Positions 36,162 to 45,959 of a stretch of 64,000 nt of DNA are shown in pieces. The DNA lies in the IMG/VR virus record IMGVR_UViG_3300046796_000369. One strand, written 5' to 3'. Made by a program: the position numbers and the translations under genes. Every line of letters starts with the position of its first letter. Positions within the stretch are counted from its first letter, which is position 1. This stretch comes from a virus. The notes beneath the pieces were generated by a model. That model did no database searches, was not told the origin of the DNA, and saw only the letters and a list, made by a program, of their open reading frames with translations.

Positions 36162-38444
36162 TCACCTCACCCTTCTCAACGCTCCGCCGCGCGCCCGTTC
36201 AGGCCGCGACGTATTCATGAGGGCCGCCGCCGACAGTGCCGGGGACGGTGTGTAGTTCAATCCCGGATCGACCGTCGGGGGCGCAGGATTGATCAGCGAC
36301 TGCGCCCGCTCGCCCTCGGCGGCGTTGGCGGCGCGCTCCATGCTTTGACCCTTCTTGGGGCCCAGCCATTCGCTGATCAGCTTGCTGGGTCCGTAGTGAG
36401 CGCCTACGCCGCCCGCGGTGAAACCACCACCGATGCCCGCCGGGCCGAGCCCGCTCGCATGGCCAAGCAACGCACCTATGATGGTGCCCGCCGTGTCGGT
36501 GTACGCCCCTACGCGGGCCTTGCCCTTCGCCTCGAACTCCTTCGAGCGGTCGAGGGCCTCCTTGACCTGCGCGGTCTTGGGCGGGTTCTTGGGCTGGGTG
36601 AAGCTGCCGACACGGTCCAGAACCTCCTGATGCCGAGCCAGTTGCGCCAACTCGTCTGGCGTAAAGAGCGTCTTGTAGATGTCGGCCTGCGGCCCGTTAA
36701 GCGCCGCCTTGATCGCGTTGGACGACAGCTTGGGCGACAACGGGTCGTAGGTTTTGCCGAGGAACAGGTTCTGCAGCGCGCCTTCCTTCATTGCCGCCAA
36801 GCCTGCCGGATCGTTGGCAAAGACGTCCTTCAGGCGTTCGATGGACGTGATAGCCTCGCCACTCTTGAATGCGCCGCTGCCAAACAGTCGATTGAACTGG
36901 GCGAGACCGCTCTCCTCCGGATGCTGCATGATCTTGAGCGCGGTATTGAGGTCCTTCGCCTGCCAGCGTCCCGGCTCGAATGTCTTGACGCGATCCGAAT
37001 GCATCGCACGCGCGTCATTGAGTAGTGGATTGCCCTTGCCCAATTGCTCGTCGAAAGCGTCGAGAATCTGGCGCATGGCGTAGAGGTCAGTGCCGTTGGC
37101 CTTGGCTGACTCGCGCAGTCCATTGACATACTTGCGCATAATGTCGACCGACTTCCACGATGCCCCCGACGTACCGGGCGGCGGCAACATCTCGGCGGGC
37201 AATGCACTGGGGAGTCGTCCACTGGCGGCCCATTCCTGCAATGCCTTGAGGGCCTGCGCCGCATTGGGGGCCGCCTCGGCGGTGGTGACGAAGCCGTTGC
37301 CCAGCATCTTGTTGACGGCAGCGTCCGGCACACCCTTGAGGACCGTCTCGTTGACCGACGGTGGGATACCGCGATTGGCCAGTTCGACCGGATCAAAGGC
37401 TTTTTCGTAGGCCGCCTTGACATTGTTGCGGGCTGCCTGATTGGCAACATTGTAGCGCTCGGAAATTGTTTCACCGACTGCCTTGGGCTCCATCGCCGTG
37501 GGATTGCCCGTCAGGTCCGCACGAACCTTGTCGCCGCGCTCGACCAGACCGGCGCGGCGCGCTTCGTCGGCGTCGTTGATGATGTCGGCCGCCCGCATAC
37601 CCTGCGTGCCATTCCTCATGTTGTCTTCGAGAAGCTGCTTTTCGCGGCTGCCTGTCGCCATGCTGTTGGTCGGCGCGACCCCGGCCTCGTCGAACAGCGT
37701 GTGCTGATACTCCTGCGCCATCTTGGCCTTGTCCCAGCCCAGTTCATTGCCGCGCACGCGCAGCCGCTCGATCTGATCAGGCAGGAGATGGTCGGTCCTG
37801 ATGCCCATGTCGGTCAGCCGCTGAACGGCGGCGGCGGCATCGGCTGCCGCAATTGTCTTGGGGATCACGCCTACCGCGCGTCCGGCCGCGGTGAGCGCAG
37901 CCTCGCCTCCGGTCTTGACGACTCGCGCCGCCGGACCGACTACGGGAAGAACATCGCTCGCCGTGCCCAACGGATGTTCAGCGACATGACGGCCCACCGT
38001 CTGGACGCCATGCTTGGGCGAGAAGGGCCCCATGCCCTCGCCGCCGCTCAACCATCCGCCGTAACTGTCCTGCAGGCCATAAAGGGCTTCGAGGCCCGGC
38101 TGCATGACTTCCTTTTTGAGTCGTTCAGCCTGCGCATCCTTGCCAAACAGCTTGGCCGCGCCGTACGCGGTGCCGGTGATGGGCAGGCTGGCGAGACTGA
38201 GCAGCGACTCGGCCATCGCGCCGAGGCCTTCCTTGATTACGGACGGCTTTTTGGCGACCGTATTCAAGGTTTTGGGAATGTCCTCAGTGATGAACTTGCC
38301 TACCGACTCGGCGGCCTTCCCCGGAACCTCGGACGGTTCGTAGATGCGCTTCTCTTCAGTCCCGGCATAGGGGCTATTGACGGTCGTCGAAGTCGGCGTC
38401 ACCGACTCCTTGGCCTCAGTCCCCTCGTAAGGATTGGGAGGCAT
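36162..38444 (-). CDS. Putative internal virion / DNA-ejection protein (760 aa)
   Basis: Large Ala-rich helical protein in the ejectosome position. Confidence 0.6.
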   Translation of the reverse strand: MPPNPYEGTEAKESVTPTSTTVNSPYAGTEEKRIYEPSEVPGKAAESVGKFITEDIPKTLNTVAKKPSVIKEGLGAMAESLLSLASLPITGTAYGAAKLFGKDAQAERLKKEVMQPGLEALYGLQDSYGGWLSGGEGMGPFSPKHGVQTVGRHVAEHPLGTASDVLPVVGPAARVVKTGGEAALTAAGRAVGVIPKTIAAADAAAAVQRLTDMGIRTDHLLPDQIERLRVRGNELGWDKAKMAQEYQHTLFDEAGVAPTNSMATGSREKQLLEDNMRNGTQGMRAADIINDADEARRAGLVERGDKVRADLTGNPTAMEPKAVGETISERYNVANQAARNNVKAAYEKAFDPVELANRGIPPSVNETVLKGVPDAAVNKMLGNGFVTTAEAAPNAAQALKALQEWAASGRLPSALPAEMLPPPGTSGASWKSVDIMRKYVNGLRESAKANGTDLYAMRQILDAFDEQLGKGNPLLNDARAMHSDRVKTFEPGRWQAKDLNTALKIMQHPEESGLAQFNRLFGSGAFKSGEAITSIERLKDVFANDPAGLAAMKEGALQNLFLGKTYDPLSPKLSSNAIKAALNGPQADIYKTLFTPDELAQLARHQEVLDRVGSFTQPKNPPKTAQVKEALDRSKEFEAKGKARVGAYTDTAGTIIGALLGHASGLGPAGIGGGFTAGGVGAHYGPSKLISEWLGPKKGQSMERAANAAEGERAQSLINPAPPTVDPGLNYTPSPALSAAALMNTSRPERARGGALRRVR

Positions 38445-38447
38445 GGA

Positions 38448-40049
38448 TCACCTTCCTCCAAGGATTTTTTCGGCGGCACCGGGGCCGTAGTGCGCGTTGA
38501 ACACATCGATGTCGCGGTTCTTGCGCAGCAAGTCGATGGCCGTCTGACCCGGCGTTGGCCACGTTTTTTCATTTGGCTTTTTTACCGTGACGCCCCACGC
38601 CTGCTTGCCTTCAGGCGTCGTGATGTCGCGCGTCATGACATGGTCGAGGACCTGCGCGGAATTATTGCCCAGCAGATCATCAAGCGTATGGACTCGACGA
38701 TTTCCGAAATCCTGAGTCTTCTGCTCTGCCAGAGATACCGCCTTACCTTCGAGCAGCTTGATCGATTTGCGAATGATGGCCTGCAACGCTGCAGGCCCCT
38801 TGGCTGAATCGAACAGACTGGCGATTTCCTCCTTGGAGGCCTGCGCCACCTGCGCCCCGCCAAGGTACTTCGCCAGTTCATCACCGATGAACTTTTTGGC
38901 TGTCTCGAAATCAGCAATCTCAGTCGAGCCGGTACCACCGGCAATGGTATTCTTGACGCGGTTCAGCATAGACAAGTCGCCATTATCAAGGGCAGCGATG
39001 GCGGGCATCATCTCGCCAATATGGTTCATGCTGGTGCGCAGCGACGTCACGCTCTTGGCGTTCTGGTGATCACCGGTCCACGACGCACTGGCGGTCTGGA
39101 CGTTGCCGTACTTGCCGGGATTGAAACTGCGATCAACGTCGAGGGCATCATCGATAATGTGAACCATGCCCTGCTTGCCGCGCCGCTGATCCGTGATCGA
39201 TTTGGGATCAAGATCGTAGTTGAGAACCTTCCAGAGTTTCCGGGCATAGCGCGGGTCCTGTGCCGCGATCTCGGCCAACTTGGCGTAATCAATGTCGGGG
39301 CTGACCATCTTCGACGGGTCGATGGTCGGATCGACGTTCTTCTGCAGAAACGGCACTACCTCTTCCGCCGTCTTGGGCGGATCGACCACGCCGGGATTGG
39401 CGGGCCCACCGGCCGGTCCGATAGGCTTGGTACCGGGGCCACCGACTTCGACGATGACGTGAGGATTATCCTGTCGCACGATGCCATAGCGCCCCGGCCC
39501 GAAGGCGTTGGGGTAGATGACACTGCCGTCGGCCGTATTGACCACAGGCTTGCCGGTGCGCAGGCCCGCCACTTCGATCTGTTCGATCATCCTGCGAGTC
39601 GATTCGTCGGTCTTCTCCAGATACTTCTGCTTCTCGACCAGCGGCTCCTGCTCGAACTCGCCGCGCTTGCGCTGCAGGTCGGCCAGTATCTGAAACGAAT
39701 CGCGATCCTTGTTCTCCAGACCGGCGATGACCGGCGCGGCGTTCGCCATGGCGCTGCCTAGCTCGGTGGCGTAGTTCGACGCGACGCCGGGCGTGCCCTT
39801 GAGGAACCCGGCCGACATGGCGGCGCTCACCGCCGGGTCGCTTCCCATGTATCCCGTGCGCGAGTTCTTCAGACCGGTGATCGCCTCATCGATGGCGGCG
39901 AGATTGCGCGACGTCACGTCCTGCCGCTCGTTCATCACGCTCGACAGAGCGCCGCGTGTCTGATCGGATTGCTTGCGGTACTTGGCGGCCAGTGCGTCAG
40001 CCGCCTCCTTGTCGACGCCGCCATAGTCGACGACTGCTGGATCACTCAT
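38448..40049 (-). CDS. Putative internal virion / DNA-ejection protein (533 aa)
   Basis: Position and composition. Confidence 0.6.
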   Translation of the reverse strand: MSDPAVVDYGGVDKEAADALAAKYRKQSDQTRGALSSVMNERQDVTSRNLAAIDEAITGLKNSRTGYMGSDPAVSAAMSAGFLKGTPGVASNYATELGSAMANAAPVIAGLENKDRDSFQILADLQRKRGEFEQEPLVEKQKYLEKTDESTRRMIEQIEVAGLRTGKPVVNTADGSVIYPNAFGPGRYGIVRQDNPHVIVEVGGPGTKPIGPAGGPANPGVVDPPKTAEEVVPFLQKNVDPTIDPSKMVSPDIDYAKLAEIAAQDPRYARKLWKVLNYDLDPKSITDQRRGKQGMVHIIDDALDVDRSFNPGKYGNVQTASASWTGDHQNAKSVTSLRTSMNHIGEMMPAIAALDNGDLSMLNRVKNTIAGGTGSTEIADFETAKKFIGDELAKYLGGAQVAQASKEEIASLFDSAKGPAALQAIIRKSIKLLEGKAVSLAEQKTQDFGNRRVHTLDDLLGNNSAQVLDHVMTRDITTPEGKQAWGVTVKKPNEKTWPTPGQTAIDLLRKNRDIDVFNAHYGPGAAEKILGGR

Positions 40050-40052
40050 CGC

Positions 40053-41714
40053 CTACCTCATCATGTTCAGCGCACCGGGAGGTGGCATCATCGGCATACC
40101 ACCTCCCCCGCCGCCGCCGGAGAACACACCGGGAGGAGCCATGCCCTGCGGCAGGACACCCATGCCGGGAGGGGGCATGGGCGGACGACTGTTCATCATC
40201 ATCATGCCGCGCTCGACCGGGACGGAGCCGCCCACGTCGTAGCGGCTCACCGCGCCGCCCCGCGCGTAGGGCCGCGGCGTGGCATTCACCGGGAAACCCC
40301 GCGCGCGACGACTCAGCACGCCGCGCGGCTCGACGATGGGCCCGAACGCGGTGCCGCCTTGGGCGTAGCGTCGGATCATTCCGCCGCGCGCCGCCCCTGC
40401 CTGTACGATTGTCGGTGCAACGCCCGCGCCCGACGTCGCGATGCCTGCCGCTGTGTAGGGATTGTTAAGCGACGTGTAGTTAGGTCCAGTGAAACCGTTG
40501 GGCCCGCCGAAGGTATCGGAAGCTGCGTTGTAAAGGTTTTCGATTCCGCCCACACCATCCTTGGCCCCCACTGCATTGGCGGCGGTGAGGCCGCCCATGA
40601 TGGTGCCCAAGGTCGACGGCGTATTGCTCGACGAGCCGGTCCCGGTCTGCGTGCTCTGCTCGGTGGTGGTCGTGGGAATCTTGAAAGGGGCCTGCACGTT
40701 GGCCAGAAAGTTGGCCATCTGGAACGGGTACTGCTTCTGGGCCAGCCAGTCGTTGTAGGCGAAGGTGCGCGGCAACTGGCCCTGCGTCTGCTGCGCAGTG
40801 CCCCAGTCCATCAGCGCCTTGTTGTTGGCGTTCTGGACGTTGTTGTAGCTGGTCCCCAAGGCTCCGTAGCTGTTGGCCAGATTGATTCCGTTGTTGATCG
40901 ATCCTGTCGTTATCCGAGAATAGGCGTCGGCGAGGTTCGTGTTCGCCTTCATGTTGGTATCGGCAACATTGGCGAGGTTCAGGCCGAGGTTCTGCCAGTT
41001 GCTGCGGTCGGCGTTGAACTGCCCGGCATTCTTGAAGTAGTCGTTGCTGGTCTGCGTCAGGTCGTTGCCCGACATCTCGTTGCCGAAGGTCCGCAGCGCC
41101 TTCTGCATGCTGGTATTGTAGCCGGTCCGTCCGATGGCCCCGTAGCCGCTGGCGAAGCGCGAGTTGAGGCCGTTCAGCGTCTCATCGAAGCCGCGGGTGG
41201 CAAGCTGGTTGCCGCGGTTTATCGCGCCTGCGAGGTAGGGGTTCTGGTAGGCCGCCTGAACATTTGGATCGGTCCAGTCGCGACCCGCCATCGAGAGCGC
41301 GCCCGCGCCAGCATCCCACGGCCGAATCGAATTTCCCGCCTGATCGAGAAACGGCTGGGCGCTGGCCAGAGAGTCACGACCCGACACCGCGTCGAGCGCG
41401 CCTTTGCCTGATCCGAACAGCGGATCGACATTGCCCTGCGCGGCGCGTATGCGGTCGCCCGCGGCGGTCTGGTCGGCCGAGAACGGCTCGAACAGCTTGC
41501 TGGAGTCGTACGACTCGTACGGCGTGTTTGCTGCGGTCTGCGCCCGGTCGAGAACGCCTTGTGTGTAATTGTTGTACCAAGACGGGTAATTGACCGAAGT
41601 CGTGCGGTTCAGGTTCTGGGCGGAGGTCGACGCGCCTGAGCCCTTGTTCAAGGCAGAACTTGCCGCACCGACAACGGAAGATGCGACCATCGCCGCTGGC
41701 AACATCCAAGCCAT
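40053..41714 (-). CDS. Putative DNA pilot / ejection protein (553 aa)
   Basis: Hydrophobic N-terminus, Q/N/A/G-rich, YQNPY motif. Confidence 0.6.
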   Translation of the reverse strand: MAWMLPAAMVASSVVGAASSALNKGSGASTSAQNLNRTTSVNYPSWYNNYTQGVLDRAQTAANTPYESYDSSKLFEPFSADQTAAGDRIRAAQGNVDPLFGSGKGALDAVSGRDSLASAQPFLDQAGNSIRPWDAGAGALSMAGRDWTDPNVQAAYQNPYLAGAINRGNQLATRGFDETLNGLNSRFASGYGAIGRTGYNTSMQKALRTFGNEMSGNDLTQTSNDYFKNAGQFNADRSNWQNLGLNLANVADTNMKANTNLADAYSRITTGSINNGINLANSYGALGTSYNNVQNANNKALMDWGTAQQTQGQLPRTFAYNDWLAQKQYPFQMANFLANVQAPFKIPTTTTEQSTQTGTGSSSNTPSTLGTIMGGLTAANAVGAKDGVGGIENLYNAASDTFGGPNGFTGPNYTSLNNPYTAAGIATSGAGVAPTIVQAGAARGGMIRRYAQGGTAFGPIVEPRGVLSRRARGFPVNATPRPYARGGAVSRYDVGGSVPVERGMMMMNSRPPMPPPGMGVLPQGMAPPGVFSGGGGGGGMPMMPPPGALNMMR

Positions 41715-42163
41715 CAGAGCACCTTCATCATTGTATGCGCACCGGGCACCCAGCCGAGACGTCCGAGGACACGGACCCAGCCTTTACGCCCGACAACGCA
41801 AGTGAACTTGCAGCCTTGTGCGTGTGCATACTGGGTAAAGGCCGCATCAAACGACTCGATCCAGTCCTTCATGCCGTCGCCGCCAATCGCCACCAGATTG
41901 AGCGCCTTGCCGCGCGAGCCCCGCTCGATGCGGGTGATGAAGGTTCCCAGCAGTCGCTTGCGCTTCTCGACCACCCACAGCGTCGAGTTGCGGCGCACGA
42001 TGTCGTGGAACATGTCTGCGGCGGTGACCAGAGAATGCGACTGGTCGAAGGCACGGTCGAGCCAGTGGTGGACACGGCTCCACACCTCGATGGGATGCTC
42101 GACCGGATGAACGTGGATATGGTCCACCGGGTACGAGTCGTTGAGGATCGAGTGGACGCTCAT
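41714..42163 (-). CDS. GNAT-fold-like small virion protein
   Basis: LNLVAIGG..MKDW...YAHAQGC....GRKGWVRVL; ATG 42163. Confidence 0.55.
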   Translation of the reverse strand: MSVHSILNDSYPVDHIHVHPVEHPIEVWSRVHHWLDRAFDQSHSLVTAADMFHDIVRRNSTLWVVEKRKRLLGTFITRIERGSRGKALNLVAIGGDGMKDWIESFDAAFTQYAHAQGCKFTCVVGRKGWVRVLGRLGWVPGAHTMMKVL

Positions 42164-42669
42164 GCCGTGTGCCTCCGAACGCTGCGCTTGCGCTTGTTCC
42201 GACGCTGATCTTCGCTGGTCGCCCAACGGCAATTTTTTGGTGAATAGGGGCCGTCGTTGTTTTTGCGGTCCAACGTCATGCCTGCCGGGCGCTCCCCCAT
42301 ATCGGCAAGGAAATTATCGAACGACTCCCAACGTGAGACGTAGGTGATTCCGCGTCCGCCGTAGTCGCGATAGCGATTGTTCTTGGAATTTTTGCAGCGC
42401 CCCTTCATCGAGTACCAAGACCCGTATGTTGGTGTGTGCGTCAGGCCGTGCGTAGTCGATGCCGCCTTGACCAACTCTTTACGCAAACAGCCACATGAAC
42501 GAATAAGCCCCTGCTTCACATCGCCGACGCGCAGCACCTTGATGTTCCCGCACTTGCAGCCATAGGCCGCGAGCTTGTTGTGTCTGTTAACTCGACGAGT
42601 CAGTACGCCCAGCAACGTCAGACGGGACGGGATCGCAGAACTGTCGCGTGAAATTCCGGCAGAAAGCAT
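42160..42669 (-). mobile_element. Free-standing HNH homing endonuclease
   Basis: SCGCL..THG..W.SMK.RC..YGGRGI...TLDRKNNDGPYSPKNCRWAT; coupled to both neighbours. Confidence 0.9.
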
Positions 42670-43535
42670 TACGAATCTCTCGGTAAATACGATTCAGGTT
42701 GTCTGGCATTTGGCGAGAACTTGCCCTTGGCCAATGCCGCGCCTTTGTGCTTGCGCACGTTGGCCCGGAACTTGTCCATCACCTTGGCTCCAGCATCTGG
42801 GCTGCCGTCGCCTAACATACTCATTGTCTCACTATCCACAACGTACTCATTGGGACTGAGCCGGGCTTCGACCTTGTCGGACCGGCCGTTCTGGCCGTCC
42901 GGCGACACGAACCTCTGGCTGTCCGGACCGCCCGTCGCGAAGTGATGGCGGACCGGCAGACGCGGGTCCTCGGGCAGGCCGATGAGGTCGGGGTAGCCGC
43001 CGCGGGCGAGGCCGCCGCCGCCACCGCCGGACTGCGCCATCAGGCTCCTGATCTGGTCCGTCGGGTTGCCGCCGCCGATACCGGGAGGCAGTCCCTGCGG
43101 CATGCCCCCCGGCATGCCGGGCATGCCGCCAGCCATGCCGGAAACCCCTGACATGATGCCCTTCACCGCCTCGGCCGCGCCCTGCTTCATGGCCTCGGCC
43201 AGCGCCTGCTGGTGCTCCATACGCTGGCGTTGCTGGGTCTCTCCGGAAATAAGGCCGAGGACCCGATTGATCAGCCCCTCGTTGCCCGGCTTGGGAGGCC
43301 GTACAGAGGGGGCTGGCGGGGCCACTGGAGGGCCACCGGGAGGAAGGGCACCGGGAGGGCCCGCCATGCCGGGCGGCCCTCCCATGGGCATCTGCATGGC
43401 TTGGGGAGGAGGTCCTCCCGGCATCGGCGGTGGACCTGACTGCGGAGATGCGACCTGCGACAGCGCCCCCTGTGGCGGGGGAGGAAATGGCGGCATGACG
43501 AAACGACTCCCGTTGCAGTCGATCCGCCGCCGCAA
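42669..43535 (-). CDS. Pro/Gly/Met-rich virion protein with a conserved C-terminal domain
   Basis: C-terminal GRSDKVEARLSPNEYVVD..LGDGSPDAGAK domain after xGG motifs. Confidence 0.6.
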   Translation of the reverse strand: MRRRIDCNGSRFVMPPFPPPPQGALSQVASPQSGPPPMPGGPPPQAMQMPMGGPPGMAGPPGALPPGGPPVAPPAPSVRPPKPGNEGLINRVLGLISGETQQRQRMEHQQALAEAMKQGAAEAVKGIMSGVSGMAGGMPGMPGGMPQGLPPGIGGGNPTDQIRSLMAQSGGGGGGLARGGYPDLIGLPEDPRLPVRHHFATGGPDSQRFVSPDGQNGRSDKVEARLSPNEYVVDSETMSMLGDGSPDAGAKVMDKFRANVRKHKGAALAKGKFSPNARQPESYLPRDS

Positions 43536-43598
43536 AGCCGCCGATGAGCGTGGCCTACCCGTAGCTGACAGAAGATCGACAGATTACACCCACAAGAC

Positions 43599-43877
43599 TC
43601 AAAGCGCCAAGGCGGACCGTAGAGCCAGCGCCCACTCGCGCCAGTCGTCGAACTGGGCGTGATAGGGCGTATCAGGGACGTGCAGCGATAGCCGCTCAGA
43701 GAACTCGCGCCAATCAGGATTCGGGTCGATCAGGTTGGGCAGGCCGAGCCGCTGGTTCATGCCCACCGCGATGTCCACCCACTCCTGCCATTCCATGACT
43801 GCCGGATTGGGGATGACGCGCGAGATGATGCGCGGGAAGGCCGGGTTGAGACGCGGTGTCGCCTTGAGAACCGACAT
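43599..43877 (-). CDS. Conserved small virion-cluster protein
   Basis: Trp-rich 92 aa, coupled to the tail gene. Confidence 0.65.
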   Translation of the reverse strand: MSVLKATPRLNPAFPRIISRVIPNPAVMEWQEWVDIAVGMNQRLGLPNLIDPNPDWREFSERLSLHVPDTPYHAQFDDWREWALALRSALAL

Positions 43878-45952
43878 CAGTCTTCCCTCCGCGCGTCACC
43901 CGGCTGCCAGTGGATCAGCGGCGCGCCCGTGATGTAGTCGCCGTTCTCGACGTTGCTCTCGACGATGAAGCTGGTGAACCGGCCACTGTGCTTGAACTTG
44001 ATAAGCTGCTCGTCGGGAGCCGTCGGCACGGCCTTGATGGTGATGGGCCCGGTCCGCCGTTCCTTCGCTCGCGCATTGGAACGGCTGACGGCAGTGAACG
44101 ACAGGTCGCCAACCTGATCGAAGTCCGGTTCGAGGATCGAATAGGACATCCCCTGATCGGTGCCGCTCCCGCCAATCTGCTGCGGCAGGACGACGTTGAA
44201 CTCGTTGGTCTGGTAGTAGGAGCGGATCGCCCGCGTGACCTGCGGATCACCGCTCACGTCGTTGAGACCAGACTCATGCTGCCACATGCTGTAGCGGCCG
44301 GTGGAATGGGCATCGACTCCGGCCATGATCGGATAGTTGTAGACGAACTCGTAATGTCCTGCAGACCGTCCGCCGTTGGGCAGAGGTGTGTCGTACCACC
44401 GCTTTTCGACCCAGTTGTAGATGATCGCCCAGTTGCATTCGACGGCGTTGCCTCGGGGAAAGCACCACCAAAATTCCGTCCAGCGCGGAATCTTAAAACC
44501 AAACACCTTCTGGCGGTATTTCCAGTTGAGGTTCTTGAAGAACCACTGCTTGTTGTCGGCGTTGGGAATCTCCCGAACGACGCCGTTGAACAGCGAGAAA
44601 TTAGACGTCGTCGGCCAGTAGTAGATTCCCTCATGCTCGATGACGCCGTTCGACGACAGGATCGACGAGGTTGTCGTCACCGTCGTGAAATCCCACCAGT
44701 TGGGTGTTCCGACAAACGATCCGATGATCACGCTCGACAGCGACCACATGACGATGGCGGGTCCGCTCTGTCCACGGATCGGCATGCCCTTGACGATCTT
44801 GTCGCCCACCGGTCGCGCATCGCCCGCTCCGTCGCCAAGGAAGTCGAGCGGATTTACCGGGGTACTCCACCTGACGACTCCATCGTGGCCATACAGGAAC
44901 AGCGTCAGGCCAACCGCGCAGCATCCACCGGACGACATGACCCTGTGCGCCGTCATGGTGGTGAGCGCGACAGTCTGCGGTGCCGGATCGATGATGTAGA
45001 TGCCGGGCGTGGCGGCGAGGTCGGGCTGCGGCACCGCGGGCGTGAAGGGCGTGGTGATCGTTTGAATTTTTGTCGAGGGGATGACACCCGTCCCGTATAT
45101 CTCGTCACCCACCCCCACGCTGCCTGTCGCGATGTCGTTGATCGTCAGGACGGATACCGGGTCCGCCGTGGTCGACGCCGAGATGGAACCGACGAACACC
45201 GCGCCCAGAACCGTGAGCATGATCGTCTCGGGCGCGCCCAGAGGATGCGGCGTGTCGAGCGCGTAGGTGCCGGGGACGGGAGGCAACGGGTCCTGCGGTA
45301 CCGGCGGCGCATAGTCCTGAATGACCCGAACGATCACAGTGTCGGGAGCGACTCCGGTGCCATAAATCTTGACGCCCTCTTCCAGTCTGCCGCGCGTCAA
45401 CTCGGTGACGACCAGCGTCGACCCGGTGATCACGGCGTTGAAGGACGTTCCGTCCGGAACCTTCTCCAGCGGAGTGTCCAAGATGATATCGCCATGATAG
45501 ACGGGATGCTCGGACGACGTGGTGATCGACAGCGCGCTCGGCGTGCCCGAAGCGAACAGGACCGTGGTATCGGTCGGTATGTCGAACATCTGGCTGAGTT
45601 GCCAGTTGAACAGGACGTTGGGGATGTAGTCGTCCGGCGTGCGGTCGATCAGTCCGCTGTTGCTCTCGGACTCAATCGAAATGACGTATCTCTCGATGAC
45701 ATTGCCGGTGGCGAGGTGAACGAAGCTGAGACCGTCGTTGGTGAATATGTCGATGGCGCGAACGACGCCATTGACGCTGCGCAACTGCTCCCGGTAGCCG
45801 CCCATCTTGCGCGGCAGGCTCTGGTAGAACCGGCACCACACGGCATCGATGTAGCTCTTCTGCGCCAAGCGCGTGCCGTCGCGACCAATGCCCGGCTGCG
45901 CCTGCATGAGTTGCGGACGATAGGACGATACCTGAACTGGAGCCTGCGCCAC
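43877..45952 (-). CDS. Tail nozzle / tail tubular B-like (P22 gp10-like) protein with an inserted repeat domain
   Basis: N-terminal PGIGRDGT..WCRF..PRKMGG, later YYWP..F..FNG, FWWCFP...WYD; position in the tail cluster. Confidence 0.65.
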   Translation of the reverse strand: MAQAPVQVSSYRPQLMQAQPGIGRDGTRLAQKSYIDAVWCRFYQSLPRKMGGYREQLRSVNGVVRAIDIFTNDGLSFVHLATGNVIERYVISIESESNSGLIDRTPDDYIPNVLFNWQLSQMFDIPTDTTVLFASGTPSALSITTSSEHPVYHGDIILDTPLEKVPDGTSFNAVITGSTLVVTELTRGRLEEGVKIYGTGVAPDTVIVRVIQDYAPPVPQDPLPPVPGTYALDTPHPLGAPETIMLTVLGAVFVGSISASTTADPVSVLTINDIATGSVGVGDEIYGTGVIPSTKIQTITTPFTPAVPQPDLAATPGIYIIDPAPQTVALTTMTAHRVMSSGGCCAVGLTLFLYGHDGVVRWSTPVNPLDFLGDGAGDARPVGDKIVKGMPIRGQSGPAIVMWSLSSVIIGSFVGTPNWWDFTTVTTTSSILSSNGVIEHEGIYYWPTTSNFSLFNGVVREIPNADNKQWFFKNLNWKYRQKVFGFKIPRWTEFWWCFPRGNAVECNWAIIYNWVEKRWYDTPLPNGGRSAGHYEFVYNYPIMAGVDAHSTGRYSMWQHESGLNDVSGDPQVTRAIRSYYQTNEFNVVLPQQIGGSGTDQGMSYSILEPDFDQVGDLSFTAVSRSNARAKERRTGPITIKAVPTAPDEQLIKFKHSGRFTSFIVESNVENGDYITGAPLIHWQPGDARRED

Positions 45953-45959
45953 GGCTCAC

